A stretch of DNA of 64,000 nt, taken from the NCBI GenBank assembly GCA_030390025.1, contig CM059438.1:88908001-88972000 (forward strand), given 5' to 3'. The notes under the pieces are model-generated. The model worked only from the letters and a program-made list of their open reading frames with translations. It was not told where the DNA came from and ran no database searches. Both the position numbers and the translations under genes were made by a program. This document shows, piece after piece, positions 38,780 through 52,707 of this stretch (position 1 is the stretch's first letter; every line of letters begins with the position of its first letter). This DNA is from Squalus acanthias (Eukaryota).

Positions 38780-40025
38780 ACAAATTTACTAGTGTTTTTT
38801 GAGGATGTAACTAGCAGGGTAAATAAAGGGGAACCAGTGCATGTAGCATATTTGGATTTCAAAAAGGCATTCAAGGTGCCACAAAAAAGGTTGCTATGCA
38901 AGATAAGGGCTCATGGGGTTGGGGTAATATATTAGCATGGATAGAGGATTGGTTAACTGACAGAAAATAGAGAGTAGGGATAAACAGGTAATTTTATGGT
39001 TGGCAATCTGTAACTCATGGGGTGCCGCAAGGATCAGTGTTTGGGCCTCAGCTATTTACCATCTATATTAATGACTTAGATGAAGGGACCGAGTGCAATG
39101 TATCCAAGTTTGCGGACGATAAAAAGCTAGGTGGGACAGTAAGCTGTGAGGAGGACACAAAGAGCCTGCAAAGGGATATAGATAGACTAAGTGAGTGGGC
39201 AGTAAGGTGGCAGATGGAGTATAATGTGGGGAAATGTGAGGTTATTCACTTTGGTAGGAAGAATAGAAAAACAGAATATTTTTTAAATGGTGAGAAACTA
39301 TTAAATGTTGGTGTTCAGAGAGATTTAGGTGTCCTTGTACAGGAAACACAGCAAGTTAAGATGCAGGTACAGCAAGCAATTAGGAAGGCAAATGGCATGT
39401 TAGCCTTTATTGCAAGGGGGTTGGATACAAGAGTAAGTAAGTCTTACTACAATTGTGCAGGGCTTTGGTGAGACCACACCTGGAGTTCTGTACAGTTTTG
39501 GTCTCCTTATCTGAGGAAGGACATACTTGCCTTAGAGGCAGTGCAACAAGGTTCACTAGATTGATCCCTGGGATGAGAGGGTTGCCCTCTGAGGAGAGAT
39601 TGGGCCTATACTCTCTGGAGTATAGAAGAATGAGAGGTGATCTCATTGAAACATATAAGATACTGAGGGGGATTGACAGAGTAGATGCTGAGAGGTTGTT
39701 TCTCCTGGCTGGAGAGTCTAGATCTAGGGGGCATAGTCTCAGGATAAGGGGTCAGCAATTTAAGACTGAGATGAGGAGGAATTTCTTCACTCAGAGGGTT
39801 GTGAATCTTTGGAATTCTCTACCACAAAGGGCTGTGGGTGCTGAGTCATTGAGTATATTCAAGGCGGAGATGGATAGATTTTTGGACCCTTAAGAGAATC
39901 AAAGGGTATGGGGATCGGACGGGAAAGTGGAGTTGAGGTAGAAGATCATCCATGATCTTATTGAATGGTGGAACAGGCTCGAAGGGCCATATGGCATACT
40001 CCTGCTCCTAATTCTTATGTTCTTA
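38780..40025 (+). mobile_element. CR1 LINE fragment: RT domain to 3' tail
   Basis: GVPQGSVFGPQLFTIYINDLD, KFADD, LVRPHLE, FFTQRVVNLWNSLP; frameshifted. Confidence 0.96.
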
Positions 40026-40710
40026 TGCTGGTGAATCTGCGCTGTACCCCCTCCTGAGGTGCGGTGTCCAAAACTGAATACAGTACTCCAAATGAGGTCT
40101 GAACGAGGTTCTGTAAAGCTGAAGCATCATGTCTTCACTTTTGTATTCCAAACTCCTCGAGATAAAAGGCCAACATTCTATTAGCCTTTCTGATTGCTTT
40201 TTATACCTGTGCACTGTCTCTCCCCATTTGTCTTTCTCGGATGACCTCACGCTTCCCCACATTGAAATCCATCTGCCATAGTTTTGCCGACTCACTTGGT
40301 CTGTCTATGTCCCTTTGCAACTTCCTGCTTCCATTTACACAACTTATTACACCTCCTAACAGTGTCATCTCACTATTCCTTCATCCAAATCATCAATATA
40401 AATGGTGAAAAGCTGAGATCCCAGTACAGTTCCCTGGGGAATACCACTTGTCACATCCTGCCAATCAGTGAACATTCCCTTTATCCCTACTATCTGTCTC
40501 CTACCTCCCAACCAATTATCAATGCATGTCACAAAGTTAACTCCTATTCCGTGAACTTTCATTTTTGACAATCTCTTGTGCCTTCTGAAAGTCCATATAG
40601 ACAACATCCACAGACACTCTTCTATCCACCATGCCAGTGACTTGCTCAAAAAATTAAATTAGTCAGATGTGACCTAGCCTTCACAAATCCATGTCAACTC
40701 TCTGAAACTA
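40026..40710 (-). mobile_element. CR1, 5' half (RT region) of the split element
   Basis: SGIPQGTVLGSQLFTIYIDDLD; RPHLEYCIQFW; ends at VQRRFT. Confidence 0.88.
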
Positions 40711-41885
40711 CTATTAGGAGGAATGTAACAGCACCACAGCTGAATCATTTGTTGAGGCAGAAGCTCAGACAATAATCTGCATGAAATTGGGGGTGGGGCA
40801 AGAGTTTCTTGTTTGCTGGCTATAACAACGCTATATGAAATAAGATTGGGCAATCTCAAAACAATTCAGCAACAACTGGTTGTCCAATTAGATGCAACAA
40901 GGATGGTTGGTATAGGAAATGGAAATGTCATATTGGTGCAGTAGAGGTGGATTAACTGTGGTTGAAGTTAAGGCACAATATTGGAGTTTACTACACTGTA
41001 TGCCAAAATTGAAAGTGTTTCATTTTCAACAGCACTAACAACCTTTGCCCTCTTGAGCACCAATAGTAAAAAAATTAACTCATTTAAAAATAACTTGAGT
41101 GGTCCAATAGATTCCTTTGGACACCTTATGGTTTTTCAAGGTGACCCAACATTCTCAGGCTAAGATCTCCAAGCAATTGTCTTTCTTGATGGTTTCTGCA
41201 AAAGAAAGTTCTACATACACAACCACTATGCACCTTCATCTCTTCTAGTTCCTTTTAAATATTTATTTTATTTTATTGATTCTGCCTTGATGGCTTCCTT
41301 TGAACTGCAGTGTTAATATGGAGGGTGGGAGGGATTCTACTGCCTATAGTGGAAGAAAGATGCCATTAAAAGTATCTTACTTAATTCCCTCCCCCTCTCT
41401 TCGAGTGGTTGTGAGAATGCACAGAGGCATTTCATAGGCATTATGTGGATTTAAAGAAAAACTAATGATCAGCTGTGTCAAAACCCTATGTATTAAGGCC
41501 CTTCCTTGTTGAATCACCAAATATTTAGTGATTTTATCTTTATTTCTTTATCTTTATTGTTATTATCAAGTATGTACATTGGTCTTTAACTGGTGAGATT
41601 AGCTAATAGGTTTCCAGGGCATAAGCTGAAGAGAAATCAAGAGTAAAATAATAACTAATTCAATGAAAAATTTCAACTACAAGTAACTAAGGATGCTAAA
41701 TGCTCACTATAGAATTTTAACAGATAATTATTGTTGCATATTAAAAAAGGCATTTATGAATATGTTGCAGTACCACATAATATTGCTACTTAAAATGCTC
41801 TGCAAAGTACTGTCATTAATTCATTGTGGTCAATACAATCAAATGAAGAAAATTATTTTCTTGTTGGTGGTAAGCTCCCTCTTAC

Positions 41886-41995
41886 CTTTGATCGGACTCT
41901 TTCTGAATTTCTTTATTAATCTCATCAATTTTTTGCTGAAGTTTCTTTCTCCGTTGCTCTGGTGGCAGATGACTGAAGTCTTCTGGTCCCGAGCC
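41886..41995 (-). CDS. FNBP1: FNBP1 exon, start of HR1 domain ([37 protein letters not shown])
   Basis: cag| and |gtaag boundaries, 110 nt. Translation matches the FBP17/TOCA-1/CIP4 family motif [18 protein letters not shown]. Confidence 0.96.
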
Positions 41996-44900
41996 CTGTC
42001 CAAGCCATAATCACACAGGTCAGTACCTCAAGTGGATTTATACTTTTGGTCACACTTTTGTCCGGATGCCAAATTTAAAGAGAATCATTTAAAACAAATA
42101 ATAACCCTTTCCAGTTTTACTACCCCAAAGCTAAAATAATTTAGCCTGGTGACCAATATATAGGCCATTAGTCTGCTTTAATAATCTGTTACTTAAACCC
42201 AGATAAAGACATTCATTCAGAATATTTTAGATTTGACTTGGAGTTGGCGTCGTTTCCTACATCTTTTAATGCTTATTAGTAAAGGTTTAAAAAATTGCTC
42301 CTGAAACAATCTTGCATGTGTGTGGACACACGCAATAACCCAAAATGGCCCTTAAATGGCTGATACTTCACAAAGTATAAACATCAGTTGCCACACTGAG
42401 TGGAGCCAGTGGACAATGCATAAACAATTGAGTTGAAATTCCTTGGGAGTTTTGGCTGTCTCCCACTCTGGCAGAAACCCATGGAAAACACTGGAGATCC
42501 AGCTGTGGTTCCTGATGGGGCACGTGCTGTAAATTATCCAAATTTTCAACACTGGACAATATACATCATTACAAAGGCTGTACCATAGAAATGCAAGTGG
42601 TCAAAACATCAGCTGCCTATACCCACCAAAAAGAATTTGTCTCCACAGTTGGGGGAAAGCCAAGGAATCCAAAGCAGGTGGAGTGACTACTTTGAGATTA
42701 ACGTAAGGAGAAACTGAGTGTGGTTTCTTTACTCCCTATTCTTAAGGAAGGTGCATTTTCAAAATCTTTTGATACCCTAAAGATACTTTTCGACTACCTA
42801 GACAGAAAAGGATTAAATTAAAAAGTAATGCTGACAAATGACATTCTTTTTATGAATAACATTTTGTAGTACAGATCGAGTGACAATAATTCCAATAACA
42901 GTATTGGCTGATTGATTAGTCTTTACTCGATCACACAAAAATGTTAGTCGATTTTATGCACTCTAAGCCATTCACAAGGAAAATTGATCTGCACGTTTCC
43001 CTTACTGATGCATGCACTTATGCAAAATTAAATTTAGCCCTTTATAACTTTTCAGCGATGCACATCCTTTGAATTATTATGTAACCGTCAGTTCTGTTTT
43101 TCCTTGAACCTTGCAGCACACAAATATGTTCTTTCACACTGCAAGAAATAATATTCCACAAAATAATGCAGATTCAGTTGACAAGAATATGAATGATTTG
43201 AACAACAGATGTTTTCTAATCTTGCTCTCGTGTCTCCCCTGTGCAAGTGGCTCAGCCTCGATGCATCCTTCGCAGGCTGTAGAGTGCAGTGACAAGAGGA
43301 TACAAGAGATTTCACATCTTTTGCTGTAGATATCATTCCACATAATGACCATAAGGAGACACACCCTCAGCAAGCAATTCAGAGGAGAATGCAGACTTCT
43401 CAGAAATCTGGCTCCATCATTTGTCAGCTTTTAATGCCCCCATTCCAAGGAATTTAAAGCCCTGGAGCAGTTCAGAGGTTGCTTGCTCCTGGGTCAGGTG
43501 TCTAAAGTTGGGTTTGAGAGAAATGCGAAGGAGGAAAATATAAGTCAGCTACACAAAAATACTCTGCGAATAAGACAGTAGTTTCAGAAAAATGCCCATT
43601 GTGCTGGTGTGGAGAATTCTAATAATGCTGCCATTTTCAAACAAAGGCATTATACCGGCCTGCATTTTTGTTTCCAGATTCACTTTACTATTAGCGTCTC
43701 CAATATAGGGTTTATGAAAACCCATCTGACATAAAGTTGAATTCCATCAGGAATTTGGATACAGCTGACTGAATTTAATAGAGATCGATAAAGGTTTATA
43801 ATCCTTCACTCCAGTTAAATTGTAGGATGCCGAACTTTCATGTGTACTTCTGGGTACCCAAGTAGTTTGAAAAGGGCCGTAATGAAGGTGTAAGGAGTTA
43901 ATTAGCAGACCAGAATAAACAAGTAAAAGCATGACTGGAATCCTGGTCAATGAGCCCAAAGTCGTCTTGGCAGATGAAGGAAGGTCCATGTGCACCACAC
44001 AAATTCTCACACATAAAAGTTATTAATAGTTTGGACACTGGCACATTGTATTCATATTTGTAGTGTATATATCAGTGCATACAAAAAATAGGTTTTATTC
44101 AAATGAATCCTGAAGTCAAAATGCAAATTGTCCAATTTTAATTTGGATTAGTGCTAAATTGAAAAATCCACCCACATTGTATTGCATTCTTTTATCCAAA
44201 ACATTTTTGGTTTGCATTTCAGTTCCATGAATAGGAGAAGCTATTGAAAGTCACTTCAGTAACGCTGAAGCTACTGTCAACAATTATTAGAAAGATATGG
44301 TTGGAAATGCTGCAGTGGCTTCTCAGACATATCATAAGACTGCAGTTTCTTGTGTGAACAGAGGTGCATCTAACAAGAAAGTGAGCAAACTCATAACTAT
44401 TTCCCCATCATCTTTAAGTGACCTTTATTACCCTAAAGAAGCGAATACACTCGTAGCAGTCTGCAGAAACTCTCAATAATTTGAATCAGTTTCACATTAG
44501 CATGTGGAGTGTACAACCAAAGTATACAAACTTTTAGTAACCCAGTAAGTAGCTTTCGACTGGAGGTAGCTGTGGGTGCTAGGAGGCAGCAACTTTTCAA
44601 TTCAGCGGGTTAAATATTTTGAACTAATTCAATTCTGTAATATCTCATATGTGCTGTACTGTATAAATTCTATATGCTGCACTTTACATTCCCTCTTCAA
44701 TGCACAACATAGTCCATCACAGTAGAACATTGTGGTTAATGTAATTTACAATATGAGGATTAGTGAAAATCAGTGCACTCAGACTACAACACATCGGAAT
44801 GTCTGTTTTACTAAATTCTTCATTTTTATAAAATTATTGCAGTGTGTTCCACCATGATTCTCATAACTTCTATGGTGTCTTTGCAGTGACACATTCATAT

Positions 44901-45575
44901 ATGTGGCTGGTAAAGCAATGCAGGCACTAAGGCAGAATCTTTCACAACTTCCAAACCTTGGCCAGTTTATTAAGAGATAGATGTTAAGTGGAGGCCAGGC
45001 ATTTCCTCTCAGCCATGGCAGAAAATCAAAACAGTCAATCACCTCGGGCCATTAGTGCATACAGCCCAACAGTTATAGAAAGCTCACTTGTCTGCCCACT
45101 TGGCTTGCTACATGGTATGGAATGGGGGAAAGAGAGCCTCAAAAGATAGTGGGCAGGAACAGTATAAAAGGTGTTGTATTCAGGTAAACACAACTGTCCT
45201 ACAGTATTTGTAAAGCAGGTGTTCGAAATCCACTGCTTTGAGTCAATGTAATAATTTAAGATGGAAGCACCTTTGTACTGGTTTTAAAGTTATTCCAGAG
45301 CCTAAGTATTTACATATATGTTCCTTAATTTAGTGCCAAAGGTTTAGCTTCACAGTAAATTCCAAAAGATACGCTATTACTTACTAATATTGTGTGTCGG
45401 AAATGTCCTTCAGTTTTGTCCTATTCTTGAATTCTCTGCTGGAATTCATCTTTAGCAATTAATGGAAAGTCAGCTATGTAGCAATTTGTGTGAAAGGAAA
45501 GGACTACACATTTTTAAAGCTGTAAATTATTTCAGTGCTCACAGGATTATTTAAATGGAGTAAGGGAGGTACAAT

Positions 45576-46694
45576 GACCGGAATTTTCTTCGGGGAGGCG
45601 GGTTGGGGTCCAAGGCAGGCGGGAAACCCGGGAGGCCAGGTTTCCCGCAGGCCCTGCTGACTTTACTGGCAGGGCCTAATTTAAATGCAAGGCCTCAGTT
45701 TCCCGCCCGCAGCCAGCCAGTTGCGCGGGGTCGGTCCGGGATAGGGATCGCGGGGTCAGGTATCGGCGGGGGGTGGGAATTGGGAGGGTGGTGTGTCGGC
45801 AGAAACAGGAATCAGGAGGGGGTCGGGAAGGCAAACAGGAGGGGGTTCGACAATCTGCAGAGAGGATCGGCTGGGGGGGGGTTGCAGGATCGGCAGGCGA
45901 TGAGGGTGGTCGGGGATTGGAGAGGTCAGGGATCAGCAGGCAATCGGGGATTGCGGGGGGGGGGGGGGTGGGGGGGGAGATCTGGGATTGCCGTGGGAGG
46001 CAGGAAGATCGCGGACGGCTGGGGGGGCATCGGGGATCGCGGGCAGAAAGAGAATCTGGGATTGTCGTGGGAGGCGGGGAGAATAAAAAAAATTGGGGAT
46101 CGCGGGGAGGGCGAAGAATTGGGGACATCGCTGAGGGGGGGTAAAATCGGGGACCGCGGGGTGTATCGGGTCCGTGGGGAGTATCGGGATCCACAGGGCG
46201 GGGGGGGGGGGGGGCGGCGGATGATCGAGTCCGGCCACCGGAGGATCATGGCCGGCCTCATCATCATCGTTTTTGGGGGGGATGGGTGGGAGAGAGGAGA
46301 GGTCTGGGAAAGCGATTGGAGGCCTCGTCGGGGAAGGGGGGGGGGGGGGGGAGGGTTAGGCAGGGACACTGGATTCAGGAAGTAGGTGTAAAGCCACTTA
46401 ACTCCTGTATGCAGGAGTCGCCACTCTGTTTAACTGCTGGGTTTCACGAATTGTGTGAAACCCGTCCCCAAGCAGTTAAATTCAAAATGGATGGGAAAAT
46501 AGAGGCTTCCAGCCTCATTACAATATTTAAATTGAGGTAACGTCCCCTGGTAGCGGTTTGGTTGCCCGCCCGCCCCCCCCTTCCCGCCCCTGGCAAAACC
46601 GGAAGTGGATGGGATCTAGGCGGGAATCCCATTTTTAACAAGTTAACTGCCCCCACGCTCCAAACGCACCCATTTTTATGGGAAAATTCCAGCC
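45576..46694. mobile_element. Non-autonomous TIR element with G-rich, GATCG-rich interior
   Basis: TIR gaccggaattttc / gaaaattccagcc; homologous to 6566-7236. Confidence 0.75.
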
Positions 46695-48816
46695 AACGTG
46701 TTTTAACACTTCCTCCCGAAAGCTGGATGCATATAAAACCATAATAAAGAACCATCTAACACTTTACAAGCCTAAAACAAGCTTTTTCTTTGAGTTAAGC
46801 ATTTAGTTTAATGGTGAATTATAACATTCCTTTTCTCCACCTGACATAACGCAGCTCTAAAATCCTCGTGGTATGTGAAAGTCTCAAAGCTGCAGCATCC
46901 CTTCTAGCTTCCTTAAGAGGTTCACTTTGGGCTTTGGTCTCACCTCAAAGAAATGCTTCCATTCAAATATCTGTCCTTTTACCAAAGTAAAAATATTTAC
47001 CTTAAATGGAAAGAAATGTTCAAAGAAAGATTTTCAAAACACAGACGAGCTAATCCCAGATGAAGTAATAGTGAACAAGGTCAATTTGGAATATATGTGT
47101 TTTTTGAATTTGAGAAAATGAACTAATTCTGCAGTACTTTCTTTTTTGGATAGCCTGAATTTAGCTTTAGGGAATGAGTTACCATATTTCTAAAGAATAC
47201 CGTTCTTTTGAGAGTACTGTATTATACAAAAAATGTAATGTACTGAAGTGTTTGGTAGGAGTATCAGAATATTATAAAACATATTTATAGTAAAATTCTC
47301 CAAACTAGCAATAGCATATTCTGTTTTAACTACTTATCAAAAATGAAAGGCTAAATTAATTTTGGAGGTTCAATGCTAGTGCAGTGAGTAATACTGTTAT
47401 TATTTTCATCCACCAGCAGTTTGTCAGTAATTCAGACAATAATCCTCAAAACAAATACAGCCACTTATTTTACAACATGCATTTAAAATTCTGACAGCTA
47501 TCGGGATAATATGAATAATACAAGAGCATGACTGAGATTCAAGCCATATCAGATTGAATACATGGAATCATTTTTTGCTAGAATATAGAATGCTTGCAAT
47601 TTCCTTTTAACTCTGTGACCTGGGTTGAAATCCAGTGCAGTCTCCTCAGATATAAGGTTGCTCCTTATATGACATGACTTTAGCGATCTCATCAGTTCTT
47701 TGAGGGTGAATCCATAGCACAAAATTGCACAGAATTCAATAACTCATATTAAGGGATATGTATTTTCCTCAGTGTATAAAATCAAAGGGAAAAAAAAACT
47801 AACCTTGATTCTTAAGGATGGTTTTAAAATAATTTTTCTTCAACTTTATACAAACAGGAAAATATAAGTTGCCAGTGATGCTGCAAGAATATTCTGAGTA
47901 GGAAATAGAAATATCACCTTAGGTAGTATGGGGTACTCTTTTAAGGATGGGAGTCAAAACACTTTATTGGGGGAAATAGCAAAGTTTGGCCTATCTGACC
48001 TGGAAGCACATGATGTTGATGCTGAATACAAAAGCTGGAAACAGTTCCGTTCTCCAGTACTGACGTTCGTCAACTTAAGAACAGTGCAAAATATCTCCAA
48101 AATAAATACATTTACTAAGTGGCCTTGGGAACGTTGAATACATACATGGCATGGAGGGCTTCTCAAAGGTCTATCAGTGACAAGGCAAAGGATTTGTATG
48201 ATATAGGCCTGAGAACATACCACAGCATCAGCACACATTGTTGGTTACTGCTCTGTCTTCATGGAAACACACTAATTTTTTTAAAAGTCATAAGCATGCT
48301 GGTTTTGCAATACTTGCATGCATTGTGAACTTGGAATATAGAAAATATTCTGTGATGATCCAAGTTCAATATAGCCCACTTGTGATTATTCGCAGGTTAT
48401 GCGCTTGGGCCAATATAGAATATTTTCCATAATCCACAGCAGCCTACATGTGGCCAACTAAAATAAACAGAATATAGGCAAAATTATTCTGATACTCTTG
48501 AAATTACCATACAAAATGCGTACAAATTATTTAGTTTATTAGCATCATAAATCAGGTGCATGAAGACCAATAGAAAAAGAGGTTGCACTTTTAATTCCGT
48601 AATTGTGTTAATTGATTAAAGTTTTGATTAAAACAAAGATACCAGTGATCACCTCAATTAGATTCCAGACCTGTGTATTCAAAGTTTTCTGACAAAACAA
48701 AACAAACATGGACAAAAGACAACAAAAAAATTGTTCAATTAATTTCACAAGTGGTTAACAAGGTTGGTAAATCAGATTAGAACTGGAACAGACACACAAA
48801 ATGCCACATTGCTTAC

Positions 48817-48831
48817 CAGTTTGAGAGAAAG
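48817..48831 (-). CDS. FNBP1: FNBP1 15-nt microexon (LSLKL)
   Basis: Minus strand reads pyrimidine tract...ttttgcgtgaag|CTTTCTCTCAAACTG|gtaagc. LSLKL is the peptide that precedes GATPEDF in human FNBP1. Phase 0/0. Confidence 0.88.
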
Positions 48832-51800
48832 CTTCACGCAAAATTGGAGAGGAAAGAGAAAAAAAACAAGTGACAAGTCAATAGAAAACGATTACTCATT
48901 TGTAAACTCTTAACGATAAGAATTATCTGCACTGAATGAACATGGTAGGGTTACAGTGAACCTGGTTCATAAGGAAGCCATTTTAAAATGCATCATGTGA
49001 GGATGTGAAAACTACAGTATTTCTGTACCGTAAAAAAAAGTTGTACAATATTATCAAGTGTAAGGCTTTAACAGTGTAATACAGGAACATGAGAAAGCAT
49101 GGAACAAGTCCTGTTAGTCCATCAAGTCTATTCCTACTACAGACCATGTACAATCCACTCTACTATGGACTCTGCCCAACCCATTTTACCTTCAGAGGCA
49201 TGATTCTACAAAGTTTCTACCTGCACCCCAAAACGTAAACCAAGCAAGATTCTAAGATATCAATCTAACTTGCATCCCTTGCATTCACTGGCACATTTTC
49301 ATAGTCTCAGTGGCTCAGGAACCATCATACACTGCAAATCAAATATCCTCTCTCTATGTACTTACATCCCTAAATCCCATTCCCAAAGCAGATATTCACC
49401 CAGGCTTTCTGAAAGGTGCTAATCAACATCTTCAACTTTAGCTACAACCACACAAATATTTTGCAAAATTAGAAGTGACACTATCGCACTCCAGGTGCAA
49501 CAGGAAATTTATTCTGATGAAAGTTTATTAGTGCAATGTAAACTGGTATTTCAGTGTTCATATTCTCTCTGTCACACCCACTATTCTGGTGTTACAGTAG
49601 ATGCTTCCCGTATCATTAAGCAATTCAACTGCCGTCAGTATTTAATATACCCAACAGAATATCTAATGGAAAATGTGCAATAGCTATTTATAGATCACTA
49701 ATTAGGATCACCATCATGTTTGCTCCTTTGTTGCTTGTGAGCTACAGAATGATCCTTGCCAGCGAAATATAAAAATGATATTCTTTTCTGTTACTTATCC
49801 TCTATTCCCACACTGTGCTGTAAGGGCACTACACCATTGTGTAAATTTCAGAGAGCTCCTTCTCATTTTTGATCATTTCCATATTTCACTTTGAAGTGCA
49901 CCATCAAGACGTATGTGGTCTTTTATAAGAAATGAAGCCTCGACTTGTAGTGCACTACTTGTGGCGTGACCAATGGCAAAGTATCAGATACATGATGATT
50001 GATTAGGAGGCTGCAGACTATTTTACTGCAATCCATGACAATGTGGTCATGGGTGCAAGTTTAAACTTGCAAGTACAAATGATTGGAATGAGGATATTGT
50101 TCCACTGGTGCCATATCACAGTTTTTCTAGTGTACTATAACCATAATTTATGAGCACCACAGGCACACGTGAGATAGGAAGGTCTTTCCCACCAATGAAA
50201 AAATGTTCAAAAATGTAGAACATTTTAATTAATGTTCTAACCACTGCTGAAATGCAAGTCTATGGATGTTCCCAATCTTACTTTGTAATCAGACTGCAAA
50301 GAGTACCACTCTAATTAAACAAGTCAAACAATGATGGGCCACCATGCTTCCATATGGTGCTCCATTCACCAGCCTGGCTAAAAGCTAAAGACATTTAATA
50401 AACAGAGCCAAGCAAATTTGAGTGATGGGCAGCCCTGGGAGTAAAAGCTAACTTCAAACTTTCATTTTTAAAGTCAAAGTGCTTAACTTCTAGAGCTACG
50501 ATCTTGCTGTACCACTGTTTCTACTTTAACTGCACGGGATTATTAGTTTTCTGAGCATTGACACTTTCAGTAATGTACATAGTATCTGATATAAAAAATA
50601 AATAATGCAGCAATCATCAAAGAGGAATTTAAGTCATTTTTCAGTGTGCTTCACAAACATCAGTGTTTTAAAAATAGACACTCAGATTTAAGGAATAAGA
50701 GCTGGATGGGCTGAATGGCATTTACTTGTTTCCCATGTCCTTATGGTCAGAGATTTACAGTTTTAAACTAAATAGTCACTAATGAAAGCCAACATATTAA
50801 TTACATAGAACAAAGAATATTTGTTTGGGTGTCACAAACTTAACTGGCAAAATCACATTATTTACATTCCAATGACATAACAGAATGGCCACCTTATGAA
50901 CCTTAGCCCAGAACAATGAAGATGCAACAGAAGCTTTTCTAACAGACATAAACTGCTTTGCACAACACAAACACGAAAGCTTCACATTTACTGCACTCTG
51001 TATCTCAGACCCTGTGGAAAAACTATATGGCATTCTAAATCAAACTTCAGCTAAACTAAAATCTAGTACTGATTATGAAAAAGTATACTTATTTCTTTTG
51101 GAGTGGAAACATTTCATTATAAACAGGAAACTGAAATGCCAGAATAATTTTTTTTTATATCCAATACTAACTATACTAAATAAAATTCAAGTGAATAAAA
51201 TAAATCATGTTAAGCTTTTCAAACTGGCAATCTTATTATACGGATAATTCAAATGAGACTTTCTGAAAAATTAATAAAAGGTTCAGTATTAAACCAGGTA
51301 TTTAAAACAGAACCAAAAAAGAAATCAAAACTATAATTAATGAAATCAAAAAACAGAATAGAACTGAAATCAAGGCAACTAGGGATGGGCAATAAATGCT
51401 GGCCGAGCCAGTGACTCCCATCATTCAGAGAATGAATGAATTGAAAAAATTGCAAAGTTTGGTAAATATTCAAATTATAAATAACTAAAAATGTTACTTT
51501 ACACTGTGTACATCTTCTGGTATTAGAAAATATTGCACGTTCAACACAAAGCATTTATTTTGGATTCAAAACTTGATTAACTTAATTTGAATATTTAAAT
51601 AAAAAATTCAAAATTTTCCTGTGGTTTATGTAAGGCTCAAATATTTATATTAAATTATTACTGTAAAATATTACTAATGTTAGTGTATTACTTTAGAAGA
51701 AAAGGCTGCGTTTATAAAATAGCTCTGGGATTAGCAGTAACCTTGAAGTTGTTTACATGCTATTCTAAGTATTACAATTACTTGTCAACAATGGGCTTAT

Positions 51801-52707
51801 TTATGATCTAAAATTCTCTAACTACAGCTACAACATTCAGAGTTGTTAATTAATGCCCCAAAAGCATAATCTATATCAGCATGCCTTCTTAACAGTTACA
51901 GGGTACACTGACAACTGTGCATGAGTATTTGCTCCCATCCGTTGCAATTTTTTTCATCCCTCTTCAGATTTCTCCTTTTGCTTCCCTGCACCATCATTCC
52001 CTGGCTGAAAACATGTTCTTTGATCTCTGTTTGTAGATACGAAGAGTCCAGCTATTCAATTATATGGATTATAAACTGGAAGATCAAAGTACTGACATGC
52101 ACCCCCAATTCCCCATAAGGTTCAGCCCCTTATTTCAGTGAAGGGATCTGTGTGAAGTCCCAAGTGAAGTACTTCCCCAAAGGGAGGGCAAGTTAACTTG
52201 AATTGCTTTTATGTAACTCCATCGCATTGTTATATCTGTATGGTACTCGTGTTGGCTGAGTTTCATCCCAACTCCTTGCAAGTACTCAGCCCCATAAATC
52301 TGATTGCAATTTATTGTTGGCTGGACCTTTCAGATTTCTGGCAGTGGTAGATTGTAGATGATGTCAATATTTTCATAAAGGGTGACTTCATTCGTTTTCC
52401 ACAGAAATTAGGGAGCCCCGCAGTTTGAAATAGACATATCCTTTTATGGACCATGTCCCACATACCCATACACATACCCAGAAGCAGAAATGGTTCAATA
52501 TAAACTGAAGACTCAATTTCCATCTGGTGTACTTATATTTCAGTGGGTAATTGGTGAGGTGGAATATATACGAATTAGCCATTTGACTGTCTGAGTTAAT
52601 TTTACTTTGATTAAAAGTAAGTAAATACACTTTCTTTTTCTTGAAAGTAGATTTATCTCACTTTATGCCATGTATGCGGTTACAGGAAGAACTGAATAAC
52701 ACGGTGA

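Noticed and set aside
45603-46385. 260-aa Gly-rich ORF and overlapping Pro-rich antisense ORFs
   Set aside because: Low-complexity GC-rich transposon interior where stop codons are rare by composition.
23196-48831. Alternative assignment to FNBP1L or TRIP10
   Set aside because: [36 protein letters not shown] and IGTCKA match FNBP1 better than either paralogue.
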